Assembly (NCBI GenBank): GCA_008636045.1
Contig: SNRW01000006.1
Span: forward strand, 1-50,188
Length of the DNA stretch: 50,188 bases
Source: Streblomastix strix
Lineage: Eukaryota
Reading direction: 5' to 3'
Below are positions 1 to 12,685 of the stretch, piece by piece (the stretch's first letter is position 1; every line of letters starts with the position of its first letter). The notes below the pieces were generated by a model. It was not told the origin of the DNA and ran no database searches. It saw only the letters and a list, made by a program, of their open reading frames with translations. Position numbers and translations under genes: made by a program.

Positions 1-2
1 GA

Positions 3-2186
3 ATTATTTCTGAGGTTCTTGGAGTCTCTACATAACAAGTTTATTCTGCAGCTCGTGCACATTGCTTTGGACTCAAATGGATCACAAAGGGCTAGGTTGG
101 ACATGCGTTGCTTCTTTCAGAATCTGGAGAATAAGAAATTTGTATAAATATTCGCAAAATGATGGCAATAAACAATGCTCCTGGTTCAGATAAGATAAGG
201 GAGATGATTGATGAATAAAGACACATCGAATAAAAAATGGCTATTGAACGAGCTTATGCCATGGGTATGTACTCACTTGGTGACAATTTTGACAAATTTA
301 TTGAGCCTGCTTCTGATTCATACGTCTATGGACTTCTTTCGACGAATAATTTGACATTGGCATAACCTTCTCGACTTACTACTGATAGAAGTGACGCAGG
401 TACTCAAAGTAACATATAGTACTACTTCAAGGAAACCTACACAGAAGATATAGCTAAAATTTATCGAGCGATAGCCATTGGTAATGAAGTTAATCTTGAT
501 TTTGATATTGAATGTCTAGTTTGCAAGGAAGTTGGTGCAAAACGTGCTCCTGCTACAACTAAAGAGAATGCTCCAGGGCACATATCTATAGTTATAACAA
601 TTATGGCTGATGGTCCTTCTCCACCTCCATTTTTCATACTTGGTGGTATTCTGAATGTGCCTAAATATCTCCAGGTATTGATAGAATAAACAGGAGTTGG
701 AATTGTAGCAAACGGATCAAGATGGATGACAAAGGACGTTATGAGAATTTTTGCACGATTTTTAAGAGATTGGGTTAGAAAAATGAGAAAATTGGGACAT
801 TTTAAGAAAAATGAATAAATTCTCTTTTTTATGGACGCATATACTTCAAGAGATGATTTAGAAGCAGTGATTACTCTTGCATGGTAACGAATTACATTAT
901 TAACTTTGCCAGCAGCAATTACTCACATTATTCAGCATGTTGATAGAGTTATATCTCGTGAATTCAGAAGATGTTTCAGAAAGTTACTTCGTAGGTTTGC
1001 TGAACATGCACGCAATGAAATAATTGGTGGCAAGCTTTCAACAGCTACTAAGAAGGAATTGATTGTTTAAGCAGCTTATGACGCCTGTTAACAGTCGTGT
1101 GTCGCAACAAATCGATGGACGGCGTTTTACTCAACAGGTCTATGGCCTAGATCATCTTAAAAAGCCTGCTAATCGAGATATGTAATCGACGATTCTGCGG
1201 CACCACGTCATCAAGAAGGCAGAAAAACATCAAGAAAAACTGCAAGTGCAAGAAATTTGACTAAAGAGCTATGCCCAGACAAAATCAAAAGAAAACGAAG
1301 TCCTTAAGAAGTTCAAAATGGAAATAAAATTAGAAGACTTAATTCAGAAGAATCACGTAGCTAAGAACGTGTTTCAAAATAATTACAAGAAGAAAAAAAT
1401 AATGATGTTGATTCAGCTGAATGGGAAGATCTTGGCAATGAAAGCAGCGAGGAATACTTTGAAACAAAATTAGGCAAATCTGCAAAGAATAGGCGCGATT
1501 ACGCTTATTTTCCAACTTAAGAAAAAATAATAACACGCTCCGGAGGCGAGCAAAGAAAATGTAACGATTTTGTTGAAGAAAATTCCATTCTGGGATAAAT
1601 CTCTGCTCAAGAATTGATAAAATCCAAGAAAACAGCAAAATAAAGTGGAAAAGCAATAACTGAATCTACAAAATCTGAAAAAGATGCAGTTTCAGAACAA
1701 AGCACGATTTTTAAGGACAATAACTAAGAAAAAGAGAAATCAGGCAAGTTTGAATCTTTCAAACAAAAAATCTCAATAACATTAACTTTAGAAGAGATGA
1801 AATTGGAGCTTTCTGGATTAGAAAGATCTATAATTAATAATAGAGAGAATGGGAATTGTTACTTCATGGCTGTGAGTCACTAACTGTATGGAACAAACAA
1901 GCTGCATCGATAAATAAGAGTTATGGCTGTAAAGGAGCTAATTGAAAATAAAGAGAAATATCAAGAAGAATTTGATGATAGCGAATCATTGAAAGAATAT
2001 GCAGACAAAATGATTTGTGATGGTGAATTTGCTGACGCCAGAATCAACCTACCAATGTGTTAATCTCAAAAAGTGAATCTAAGAATCTATCTTGGTGAAA
2101 ATCACTTTGAAACTTTCAACATAAATGCTCAGAAATGGGTCGAAATAGCATATGTGGACAGAATCCACTATGTAAGCGTTGTCTGA
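3..2186 (+). CDS. Pogo/Tigger-type DDE_1 transposase with C-terminal OTU-like cysteine protease domain (5'-truncated by the window)
   Basis: Uninterrupted frame-3 ORF with TAA/TAG=Gln, ending at TGA 2184-2186. DDE_1 motifs are HISIVITIMADGPSPPPFFIL, NGSRWMTKDV, ILFFMDAYTSR, LPAAITHIIQHVD and AFYSTGLWP. A charged linker follows, then OTU motifs NGNCYFMAVSHQLYG (Cys codon 1857-1859) and IAYVDRIHYVSV (His codon 2166-2168). Confidence 0.88.
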
Positions 2187-2599
2187 ATTCCTGCTCACAC
2201 TACTGTTCATACTCCTCATTACCATTTTATCTTTAGATTGTATCAATTGATACATCATTTTTTCACATATTTACCATTATTGAACTAGTTGCACTCGATA
2301 ATTAATTATTTTCAATAATTTTAATAAAAAGCTAAAAAAACTACCCGAATCAATTGCTAATTTGTTTATTACTTTTCAAAACGTATATATATTCATATAA
2401 ATATTTATTTAGAATTTTATTCTGGATAAATAAATAGAGTTATGGATAAAAGTTGCTACGATAAGTATTTTTTCAAACACTTGAATACAATTGAAAATAT
2501 ATTATATATGTTTTAATAATCTTATCTTATATGTTTATATAATCTTTGAAATAATAAATTGAAATAATGCTTGAAATAATTGTTTATCTAAACCAATCC

Positions 2600-4760
2600 T
2601 CCTCTTTTAAAATCCATTTATTGGAGTACAGGACCACTAAAATTGATCAGACCAAATGAGTGAAAATGCGACGAAACTCGAGAGAAACAAGTTCTTGGGA
2701 AAGGACAAAGAGAATACAGTAGAACTCGGTTAATTCGTACGCCGTTTAATTCGTACCCCCGCTTAATTCGTATGTTTTTTTTGATATATAATTAGAGAAA
2801 AAGATATTTTTTGGAAAAATATTTCAAAATTAAATAGGAAATACGAATTAAATTTAATTCAGATTCACATTTTCAGAAAAAGTCACCCTGCGAATTAACC
2901 GAATTCTACTGTATAGGACTTAAACTCAATTGGAAAGAGATTACTGGTAATTATTGGTCATAATGATCAGGAAGTTGAGGTAAAAACTCAGCGATTCACA
3001 GTTCTCGCAGAATATGCATGTGGCTGCAGAGACAGTATTATTTTTTGGTGATGTTCGTAAAACAACACGTTAGATACTTACTATTCAAGATGCCTCCAGA
3101 ATTATAAATGGCATAACGCAGCAGAGACTAGTAGTTTCATTAGTCATAAATCAATTTAAAGATATTTAAAACAAAATACTTTGCTATAAGAGGTATTAGG
3201 CGAGCAATCAAAATAGGCCAAAAAATCTGCAAAAAACAACAAATATCCTAGCTTAAACAAATAAATTACTGAATCTAAACTAATATTCAACTTATAAGTA
3301 TTTTTTTCGCCTAAAATAGTCCTTTTTGCGTAACAATAACTTTTCTTCCCTTAGCAACTAACTCTTTATAACTTGTATCATTAACTATTCTCTCAGATTT
3401 AATAGTAACCTCAGAGCCTTCTGCCTTTGTTAAATTCAATCAACTAGTAAAATGCATCTACATAATCGCAGTCTAATCTTTATCGATAATAACTAACTGC
3501 TCAATGAATCGAAGCAGATCTGGAGAAGACTCTGCTGAGGTTCTGTGAGAAAAAAAATGATGAAAAGGACAAACTGTTCGAATGAAGCTCATTTTTCATT
3601 TCAAATAGAGAAGAAAATCCCGTAGACTACAATATTCTCTTGGATTAAGAAGATTTTAGTCTCTCATTACATTTTTTATAATTTATTAAATAATTGCAAG
3701 ATGAAATAAAACCAGTATTGTAATATTAACTCAAGATATTAAGGTTTATAATCTAACATTTTTAATAAAACGTGCTGATTGTAGATCTAGAAAAATCTTG
3801 GATTATAGATGGATGAATATAATAAACAGACTCAGATCTTTAAAAGTAAGTAGTTAGAAAGAACTTAAACATCTGTTACTACAAAGTGACTTTACAGCTA
3901 CTGTAAATCTGAAAGATGCATTCCATCATATCAGCGTTTCTCATACTTTCCACCCTATTTTCGGGTTTTCTTTCCAAAATTGAAGCTATGATTACGATTG
4001 CCTCACATACTGTTGGCTTAATAGCTCCTTTATTCACAAAAAATCTTTTCAATCGTGATTAAAGATATTATCAGAAGATTAGAAGTTATAATCTACGATA
4101 ATTAAAGAGAAAATCAGTATAGATAATAATTGACTTCCATTAGTTCAAAAAAAAGTTGGAAATAATATTATATCTTATGAGCCTAAGTTGGAGATTTTCA
4201 CCAACTAAATATAGCCTCACGCATAGCTGAAAATTCAAATGTCTCGGATATGAATGGAATATATATACAATTAAAATAACAATTTTTCATCAATAGAAAA
4301 AATATTGAGGACTAAATAGAAATTATGGATCGAAATATCAAAATAGAAGCATAGAATAAAAGTTTGAGATTTTGCATCATTAATATGGGAGTTAAACTTC
4401 CTCAAGCTCCAATTTATTCAAAAGTCCCAATAAATTAATACCTTAAAAACATTTAAGAGTAAAACAATAACTAAGTAGTTCTGATGCTGCCAAGTTTAAC
4501 TAAATAGGGTAATTTTCCTTAAACCATATATTTTTTGAATATTCATTCCAATTCTTCAATAAATAAATGCCAACAATCTCCTCTTTTAAACGGAAAACTC
4601 CAAAGTGGAATAATGTCTGAAACATTGAAAACATACAAGAGTCTTTATTCAATTTGCAAAGATAAACTTCCAGTTACTAGGGACTCTGAGCATATGGTTA
4701 TTTACGAAACACATATTGAGAATTCATAATAGTAAGGCAAATGCTTAGAGTAAAATGGCT
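2600..4760 (+). pseudogene. Decayed retrotransposon, DIRS-like reverse transcriptase region
   Basis: Frameshifted RT motifs at about 3740-4030: KVYNLTFLIKRADCRSRKILDYRWMN and TVNLKDAFHHISVSHTFHPIFGFSFQ, matching the DIRS-type DLKDAFxHI motif. Many indels and TGA stops. Boundaries are approximate and no tyrosine recombinase was seen. Confidence 0.7.
2717..2911. mobile_element. 195-bp pogo/Tc1-mariner-type MITE
   Basis: 21-bp TIRs CAGTAGAACTCGGTTAATTCG (2717-2737) and CGAATTAACCGAATTCTACTG (2891-2911), one mismatch, flanked by TA on both sides. Three TTAATTCGTA copies lie at the left end. Confidence 0.93.
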
Positions 4761-5603
4761 CTTCGCAGTAACATGCTGAACGTATAGCAGCAGAACAGCG
4801 TTAACGTGCCCAATAACGATATAGAATGCAACGCTAAAACTTCCGTGTTTATGCAAATGATTTTCAATTACTCTTGATGCTTCATTTTAAAAATACTGCT
4901 ATAAATAATATGCAAGATCTACTTTAAATCATTGATACAATTGAACTTAATAACATAATGTAAGCTATTAAATTTTGATTAAATGTTTATTTTTGCATTC
5001 TTGAGTTTGTTAGTATTGTGATTAAAGTATAATTAATGAGTAATTAAAGTTTAGATTAACGTTGACTTATGAGTGATTAATGTAAGGATCGATGTTGATT
5101 GATGAGTGAATAATATATGATTAATGTGTGTTTAATGTTAGTATGCAAGAGATGTATCGAAAAGAGGTAAATTATCCATAAATATCGAGTGGTTCGAGTT
5201 AGAAAATGTATTACATTTCGAATATGCTTGAGCTATAGAGATTCACATTAAATTCTCTAAGTGCATCGAGTGCATTGAGTGTATTGAGTAAGTAAACGGC
5301 TATCTAATTTGGAGGACAGTTTTCCATTTGGACAGTTAATTCTACATTGGATATTCCCGTCTATTATCTCACAGCGCTAGCACATATATCAAATTTACAA
5401 TGTTATTGTCTGCTACTGTTCTGTCAACTTAATTGAGAATTCTCTGACCCAATGCACTAGTTTATTTTGATTCATTTCTCCACAACTCCTTAATTCGACA
5501 CTTTCATAATGAAAACATTTATCTCTGCATGGAACTCAACACCAATGATTACATGAACGTTTCATTTGTCATTGAATCATTCATTTACAAAAATAAATAT
5601 CAA

Positions 5604-5915
5604 TCATATATTTTCATATTAAACATTTAATTTGACATCAACTTTTTTCAAATAATATGTTGATTTAACAGCTGGTTTATCATTCTTAGTTAAAAGTTTT
5701 CTATCTAGCTTATTAGACATTAATATAGAAAATTCATTTATTTGCATATTTCTTCGTTAAAAATTATTTATTTATAAGAATATTCTTCCTTTTATGAATT
5801 CAGTTTCAAAGTTTTTTATAATTCAATCTAGAAATTGATTACTATACTAAAGGTACTATGATCTTTAATCACGAGAATCAAATGGATTATCAAATTATAT
5901 CTTGCGTTGTTTCAT
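5604..5915 (-). pseudogene. Small element-borne ORF (~103 codons) of unknown function, one internal TGA
   Basis: Reads MKQRKIQFDNPFDSRD...VDVKLNVQYENI* in code 6 and is preceded by the conserved upstream motif at 5950-6060. Confidence 0.4.
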
Positions 5916-6084
5916 TTATATTAAACTAAATATAAAACATTTAATTGTAAAACTGTCCAGCTATTTTACTGGTCGACATCTTTTGGGTTAATGTCTAAAC
6001 CCAAAGCGCTCAATGCACTCGATGCATTAGTTCATTTCAATCAATTTCTCCACGATTCTAGTGCAAAAATAAATTCTATCAATA

Positions 6085-6500
6085 TCAAGCATATTCTATT
6101 CATTTTTTGCTTATTCAATAAATTATTCTTTTTTAGCGTCTTCTTTAATATCCGCATCTAACATACTTTCATAAATTGGTATCATTTCTACTTTCATTTT
6201 ATAGATAAATTTACGTACTCTGCCAACCTATTTCTATGTTCCTTCACATATATTTTTGATCATTAACTAATAATTCTTTAACTTCATATCTTATCGTTTC
6301 CAACCTTCAATAATATTGCATGTAACTCAATCTCTAAATGATTTGAAATGACTGATAATTGCATCATCAACAGGTGATATTGACGCTCTTATTATATCTT
6401 TCCTCATTTATGTCATTGGTATATCTTTTGAATTAAATTATGAAATATCTCTAGTCAAAAAGAATGTGAATAAGTAATTATAAAATCATCATCGAAGCTA
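6085..6500 (-). pseudogene. C-terminal part of the interrupted primase-helicase gene
   Basis: Reads SFDDDF/YNYLFTFFLTRDISQFNSKDIPMTQMRKDIIRASISPVD..., continuing directly from ...YFIILCNS at 13732. It contains frameshifts and an internal TGA, and the last frame ends at TGA 6085-6087. Confidence 0.8.
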
Positions 6501-6714
6501 AATAATATATGTTGACTGTACCACAGACTACTAATTCTGCCATGATATTTGAAACAATATTCTCTGCGCCAAATAACAATAGCAATTAAGCGAAATTCAT
6601 CAATGTAATATATAAAAGATATGGACAATTTTAAACAAATTTCAACTATATTGACGATATAAATGCAACCTATAACAAAATTAACACAATTCATCTTCAA
6701 AAATAGCAAAATTA

Positions 6715-9700
6715 TCACTCAATTATATAATGATCAACACTAATCCCATACACAAATGGAGTATAATATCCGTAAATTAAAACAACTATCTTATTATGAG
6801 TTCCTGTGAGCACTGATTTTTTCATATTAATCGTAGACATTACCTCCATTTTCATCTATAAATTATTAATTGTCACATTGATGTTACACCCATCATTTAA
6901 ACATTTAATATGGTCATTGGTTGTTATATCTGCCTTCACTTCACTTACACCTTTCATCCTATTCACTAATGAAACTATGTTATCATTTTATTCATTTTCT
7001 TTGTATAGATTATAACATTTAGGTGCAATACAGACAAAATTTTCACCCTATGATTCAATTGTAATACCCATTAATTTCTTCTCTTCAGCAACAGTACAAT
7101 CATTCCATGGAAGCCACTCTTTATACTGTTAGTCAAAGAACCCCTAATCTTTAATCACATACTTCAATCCATATTTATAGCATTCAATTTTTGATCCCGC
7201 AATAGCTAAATACATTTAATCAGTATCCATATTACAGAAGTGAACCCTATCCATATCAATACATTTATAGAGGAAGTTATATACAAAATTGAGATACCAG
7301 AATTTGTTATTGTCTAGTTTAAATACAGATTCTTGAAGAGGCATATTATACTTAAATTATCTAGGTGATTCATTAACCATATACTATGCTTCTTCAATAA
7401 CTTCATCATCAGAATTACATATATGGGTATTTCCAATCATAAACAACCTACAACTTTTTTTAATTTTAAAAAATTTAAATTAAATTTATAAACAAAAATT
7501 GGAGTTGCAAACATTTAGATTTGCATCCTCTGAAAAATTAAGCTAAAAATATATTCATGTTTTTTCAACAGCAGAAAACTAATCATATTATTAAATTTTT
7601 ATTACAAACATTTTTTTAAATTTTTTCAGGTAGATTGAAAGACAAAAACTACATTTTCAGCGGTACACATTCGTGAAAACCGTTTTTTATTAATTTTTCG
7701 ATTTTTCCGCCCATTTCATGCTTAATTACTATTTTTTTTTTAAAATTATTTATTTAAAATTATTTTTTAAAAATTGGACCAATAAAAATTATAATTACAG
7801 CTATGCTTATTTGCGAAATTTCAAATTAAATTTTTTTGTAAAAAAAATATACGTGTTCGATTTTTGAGCTAAATTAAATTGAGTAATTATAAAATAAATA
7901 CATTAATGTTTATTATATTAAATTACAATAATTGATGAATTTGAAATGGTGATTTGAATAAAAAAACGAAAAAACAAAAATTTTCTGTTTTTATGAACGC
8001 ATGCCGCTAGAAACGTCGTAATTGTCCATCAATGTATCTGAAAAAATTTTAAAATATATTTTTAATAAAAAATAAATAATAATATTACTTCTATAATGAC
8101 AAAAAAATAAAATCACAATTTTTGCTCGTTTTTATAGCGGAGGCAAATCGAAAAATTTGCAACTCCAGCTATTGTTCAAAAAATTATTTAAATATTTTTA
8201 AATAAAAAAAATAAAAAGTTATCCTACTGAATGGACACTTCCATATCATCACTAAATTTCCTTGTTGCTTTATGACACTAATTTATTTATTTGATTGAAG
8301 CATATCGAGCATTATTTAATGATATTTTATCAAATTTAAGATTATTTTATCCTTCACCTCCGAAAGCACTATTAAGTATTTACCTGTAATATAGAGATTT
8401 TGTGTCATTAGGTTGATTAATTGCTTCTTTTCTCCTACTCATCTTTGTACATGTAAATGATTCAAATCCTAAATGTTTGTCAAATAGAGCAATTGAATCA
8501 ATTTCATCAATAATAAAGTTACAATAGTCAATTAATAACCATAAAATACAGCTAGTGAAGCTCATGAATTGATTGTGTGTTGTTTACAATGATGTTAGTT
8601 TTGTAGTAGGTTTATCAACAGTTAATCCCTATGACAGCATCATACTGTACATAAATTCTCCTATCTATTCAAATGAATTATTATGCGTTAATTTTCTCCA
8701 TATTGGTGCTAAATTTATGTGTGAGTTAATATGTTTTCTCATCAATGTGACTTATAATTTTGACACATAATAGTTATCCTTTATCTGTATATCTATCAGC
8801 ACTCATAATTATATCTCTTGTTTTCTATTTTGAATTATTAGAGGTACATTTGAAATAATTAGTCAATCCACCTGCTTGATTTATTCGATGATTTGTATAA
8901 GGGTTATTTTTGTTGAATATACCACTAAATACACTTGGATAGAGAGAGTTTAAATCTAAATCAAGTACACGAGTAATTGTATGTAGGGTGTCATAAGATG
9001 TTATTGTTTTAGTTACATGATTATATCTAAATTTATTAATGTGTCTAATTCCTTTTAAATTAAATTAATGATACACATTAGATAAGCCACCTTATATACG
9101 TTTTTTTAGCATATTATATACAGATTCATTATTAATTGTCATATGTAGATGTTCATGGATAGAATATTTCATTAATTGATTTTTAATTTATTAATATCAT
9201 TATCTTTATCAGCCTTAACGGTACTACATATTTAACAAGCTAGTTAACAGTTCTATTTTGTGTGACCAATTGAATTATTAATTCCGTCTAATATATGTTT
9301 GATTTCTTTAACGAATTTGTAACGACATAGATGAGATGTTTCACTAGTTACTTTATCTCTAATACAATCAATATCATCTTCTGTAACATAATTAGTTGTA
9401 TCTTTCTTAGCATACTCATCTTGATTGATATATCTTTTGACTTTGTTATTCCACCAATATTAAGTAATTTCGAATTATTCAAACCTATTAACTATATTAT
9501 AACTTGCATTGATACCGCCCTTATCATAACAGTACTTGTATTTAATTTAACTAACAATTTGAGCTAGTGATATACAACCTAACATATCAACTCTCTCTTT
9601 CTACGTAATTTGAATTAGATGATTGATAGAGTTGATCATAAAAGTAATATCCTTGATATTGTAATGCTTTAGATAATCCTATCTATATGTGAAATTGATT

Positions 9701-12685
9701 GAATCATTAATAAACTATTAATAATCTTCATCAATAATATTCATATTATTAAGTTTGTCATAGAAATCTTCCTTAACAAACGGTGTTGCTTATCCATGTA
9801 CTAATTAATAGTTATCATTTTTGAATGATATATGTGGAAATAAACTTTTTGTTAATTTTATACCTTTAGTACCAAATTTCTCAACGAATTACTTTAATGT
9901 GTTGTTTGATGGGAGAAATGATAATATTTCAATAAACCTCAAGTCAAAATCGTAATCGTAATGTGATACAATTGTCTATTTAGATTATGTTGTTGATTCC
10001 ATATATTAAATTCTAGTCTTATTTTTAATTAAGTATATGAGTAATAGATTCATATCAAACTTCTTAGAATTGTATCCTATAACTGATACTTGTGGCTTAT
10101 ATGGTTCATAACGTTTATCTTCAATTGCAACATCAGGTATATTTGATTGATTGACTTCATTAACTTTAATAGCAACTTCAAACAATTAACTTATCCATTA
10201 TTCAATAAAATCAGAGCCATTTCGTAAATCAAAATATAATGTAGTAATAATACCATTAACTGTTGCTGCTGATGCTACAGACAGAGGCTCTAATTAAGCT
10301 ATCACATTGTCTACATCAATTATGTTCTCTACTGTTTCAAAAATCAGATGTAATGTAATTAAGTGCAGGAGTTAATAATTCTTATTAACCTATTGCAATT
10401 AATTTCTATTGTAGTATATTCTTTGATATATCTGAATAATACGGTTTTGGTAAATGATCTAATTTAACTTATTTAGTTGTTTATGGACCCTATTAATACT
10501 TCAAGTGTCTAGCTAACTCTCTCTTATAATTCTGATTCGTTGTATTAAATATCATCTAACAGTTGAGGGGACACAGCTTTCCATTAATTACTTTATCAAT
10601 ATCGCTAATGTACATTGCATGGATTTCATCAACAAATGATAATGGAACTAATAGAACATTAACAGTTAGAAAGTCCTTAGCACTTATGCCGCCAGCTTTG
10701 CCGGTATCAATAATGTGCTCTTCGAATTTACTGAATTATTCAGGTTGATTTTATCTTGTTTTCAACATCTTATCATCGCATATGTATGCTATTGTATTCA
10801 TCTTGAATATTTATTGAAATCTTTCAAGATCTCTAACATAATTGAACTCTTTATATGATTCGAGTAGCTATTTATTAGCTTTATTTAATCTACTACTTGG
10901 ATTGATATCATTGAATTAGAGAAATAATTTAATAGTATCACTAACTCTAGTTCTTGTTTAATCAATCTCATGGTGCAATGCAAATGAAACAACTGAAAAC
11001 CAACATATATTATATTCACAATCAATGCCCATAGTGGTACCTTCATTATTGAAGCGCAAACATATTTTATCCATTTTAGTCCCTAATGGCAGTCTATAAA
11101 CAACAATCAAAAACGAAAATAGGGCTTCCTTTAATGTTGCTGAATCTTCATGAGTAATGTCTTAATAATCCGATAGTAAATCAATAGCTTTCTATTTGAA
11201 ATAGTCATTAGTCTATTTATCACTAACTACAATAATAGGTAAAGTCTTATAACTATTATCAGCATTTGATCTGGTGTGTGAATAATGACATTCATCTAAT
11301 ATTTGTTAATGCATATAAACTTATTACTTTTTCTAGTATATAGATTTAAAACTAATATATTCTTTATAGGGTTTAGCTTTCTCTAATTCATATACTTAGT
11401 CGATTTTATTTTTCAATTGCTATAAGTCAAAGAAATGATTATAATAGTATTACATATATGATTCTTTATTTTCGATACCTTTTGACAATAATAATGATGC
11501 AGGCAACCCATCTATACTAACTTCATTCTTTTCTTAATATCTCTTGCGTGCCTGAGCTAGTATTGCATAATAATCTGATAAGTTCAATAGTGTGAAGATA
11601 ACGAATGCCTTCTAATTAAGTTCTCTATTTTTATTTAATTATTCTGTCTTTGTAATACTTTGTTCACTAAAATGATCCTTATGAAATCCGAAATATTCAT
11701 CATTAAGTTTTTTCACTCTTTAATTAAATTCTTTAGCACCTAATTTTACTTCTAGGTATTTGAGAAGTTTAAATGGTTTTTCACCCTATCGTTAATATCT
11801 TGAATTGATGAGTATCTGTTATAACTGTTCATAGAGATTATGTCTCTTCCATTTGCTCTTAATCACATTAGCTGCATCAATTGATTATTGGAATTGTTAT
11901 TATGCTAAGTCTTTTCGATAATTCTTTTTGACTAATACGGCTGCTTTATTCTTTTTCTCCAATTTTTCCTACAATTCTTGAATCTCTTATTGATGAAACT
12001 ATTCTTACTGATCTAATTCTTATTAATGTTTCAATTATTATTCAGCTAATAACTGTTAATAATTTGAATTAATTTACTTTGACTCTTGAATTTATTCACC
12101 CAAATCAAATTCTTCTCATAATAAATCAATTATTGTTTGTAATGTCTCTTATTGCTAATATATCTTAATAGTGATTTATTGTTAAGCTTATAGTAACTAT
12201 TATATACGCTATCTTCGATCACATTCTTCAAATTTTTATTTGTAATCAGTTCTGTACTTATCAGGATTGAATATACCATCATCTGAATTGTCAGACCAGT
12301 TCAATTCGTTTATGATAGCATTTATGCCGCCATCAGAGTTTGCATCATCAATATTTGTAGTTAATTATGGTTATTGTTAACCATTATTCAACTATTAATA
12401 CTATTTATCAACTACTTCCGTTATTGATAATAATTTTGGTTATTGTTATTGATCAATTTATTCTAATTATTAATACTGTTATTTGTTTCTTTCAGCTACA
12501 ATTTGATTTACAAATACAACAATTTCAGTTGTAATTGAAATTTAACCTGGATAATGTAAACGAAGTAGTTCATTAGTTTACATGTTTCATAAATCAACTG
12601 CTGTGTGATTAGGTAAATATGCAACTTATAACTAATTTAGTAAATTTTAAATCTATTATTTACTCGTTATGTATTTTTCTGCCAT
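6715..12685 (-). pseudogene. Protein-primed family B DNA polymerase (Polinton/Maverick-like) with long N-terminal extension, decayed
   Basis: Exonuclease motifs xFETVE (~10280) and IGYNSKKFDMN (~10070). Polymerase motif A VLDLDLNSLYPS (~8935-8970), motif B YRQILNSAFGG (~8360-8390), motif C HFCNMDTD (~7220-7245) and late CIAPKCY. ATG at 12685, TGA at 6715-6717. It carries frameshifts, internal TGAs and an insertion at 7452-8220. Confidence 0.9.
7452..8220. mobile_element. 769-bp non-coding long-TIR (foldback/Mutator-like) element inserted in the PolB gene
   Basis: Imperfect inverted arms of about 240 bp, e.g. GGAGTTGCAAA at 7501 versus TTTGCAACTCC at 8156. Ends are AACTTTTT...AAAAAGTT, flanked by AACCTAC and ATCCTAC (possible 7-bp TSD). 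It lies between PolB motifs B and C. Confidence 0.85.

Noticed and set aside
2730..2772. Three spaced TTAATTCGTA repeats resembling a mini CRISPR array
   Set aside because: The repeats and spacers are too short, they lie in a MITE subterminal region, and the context is eukaryotic with no cas genes.
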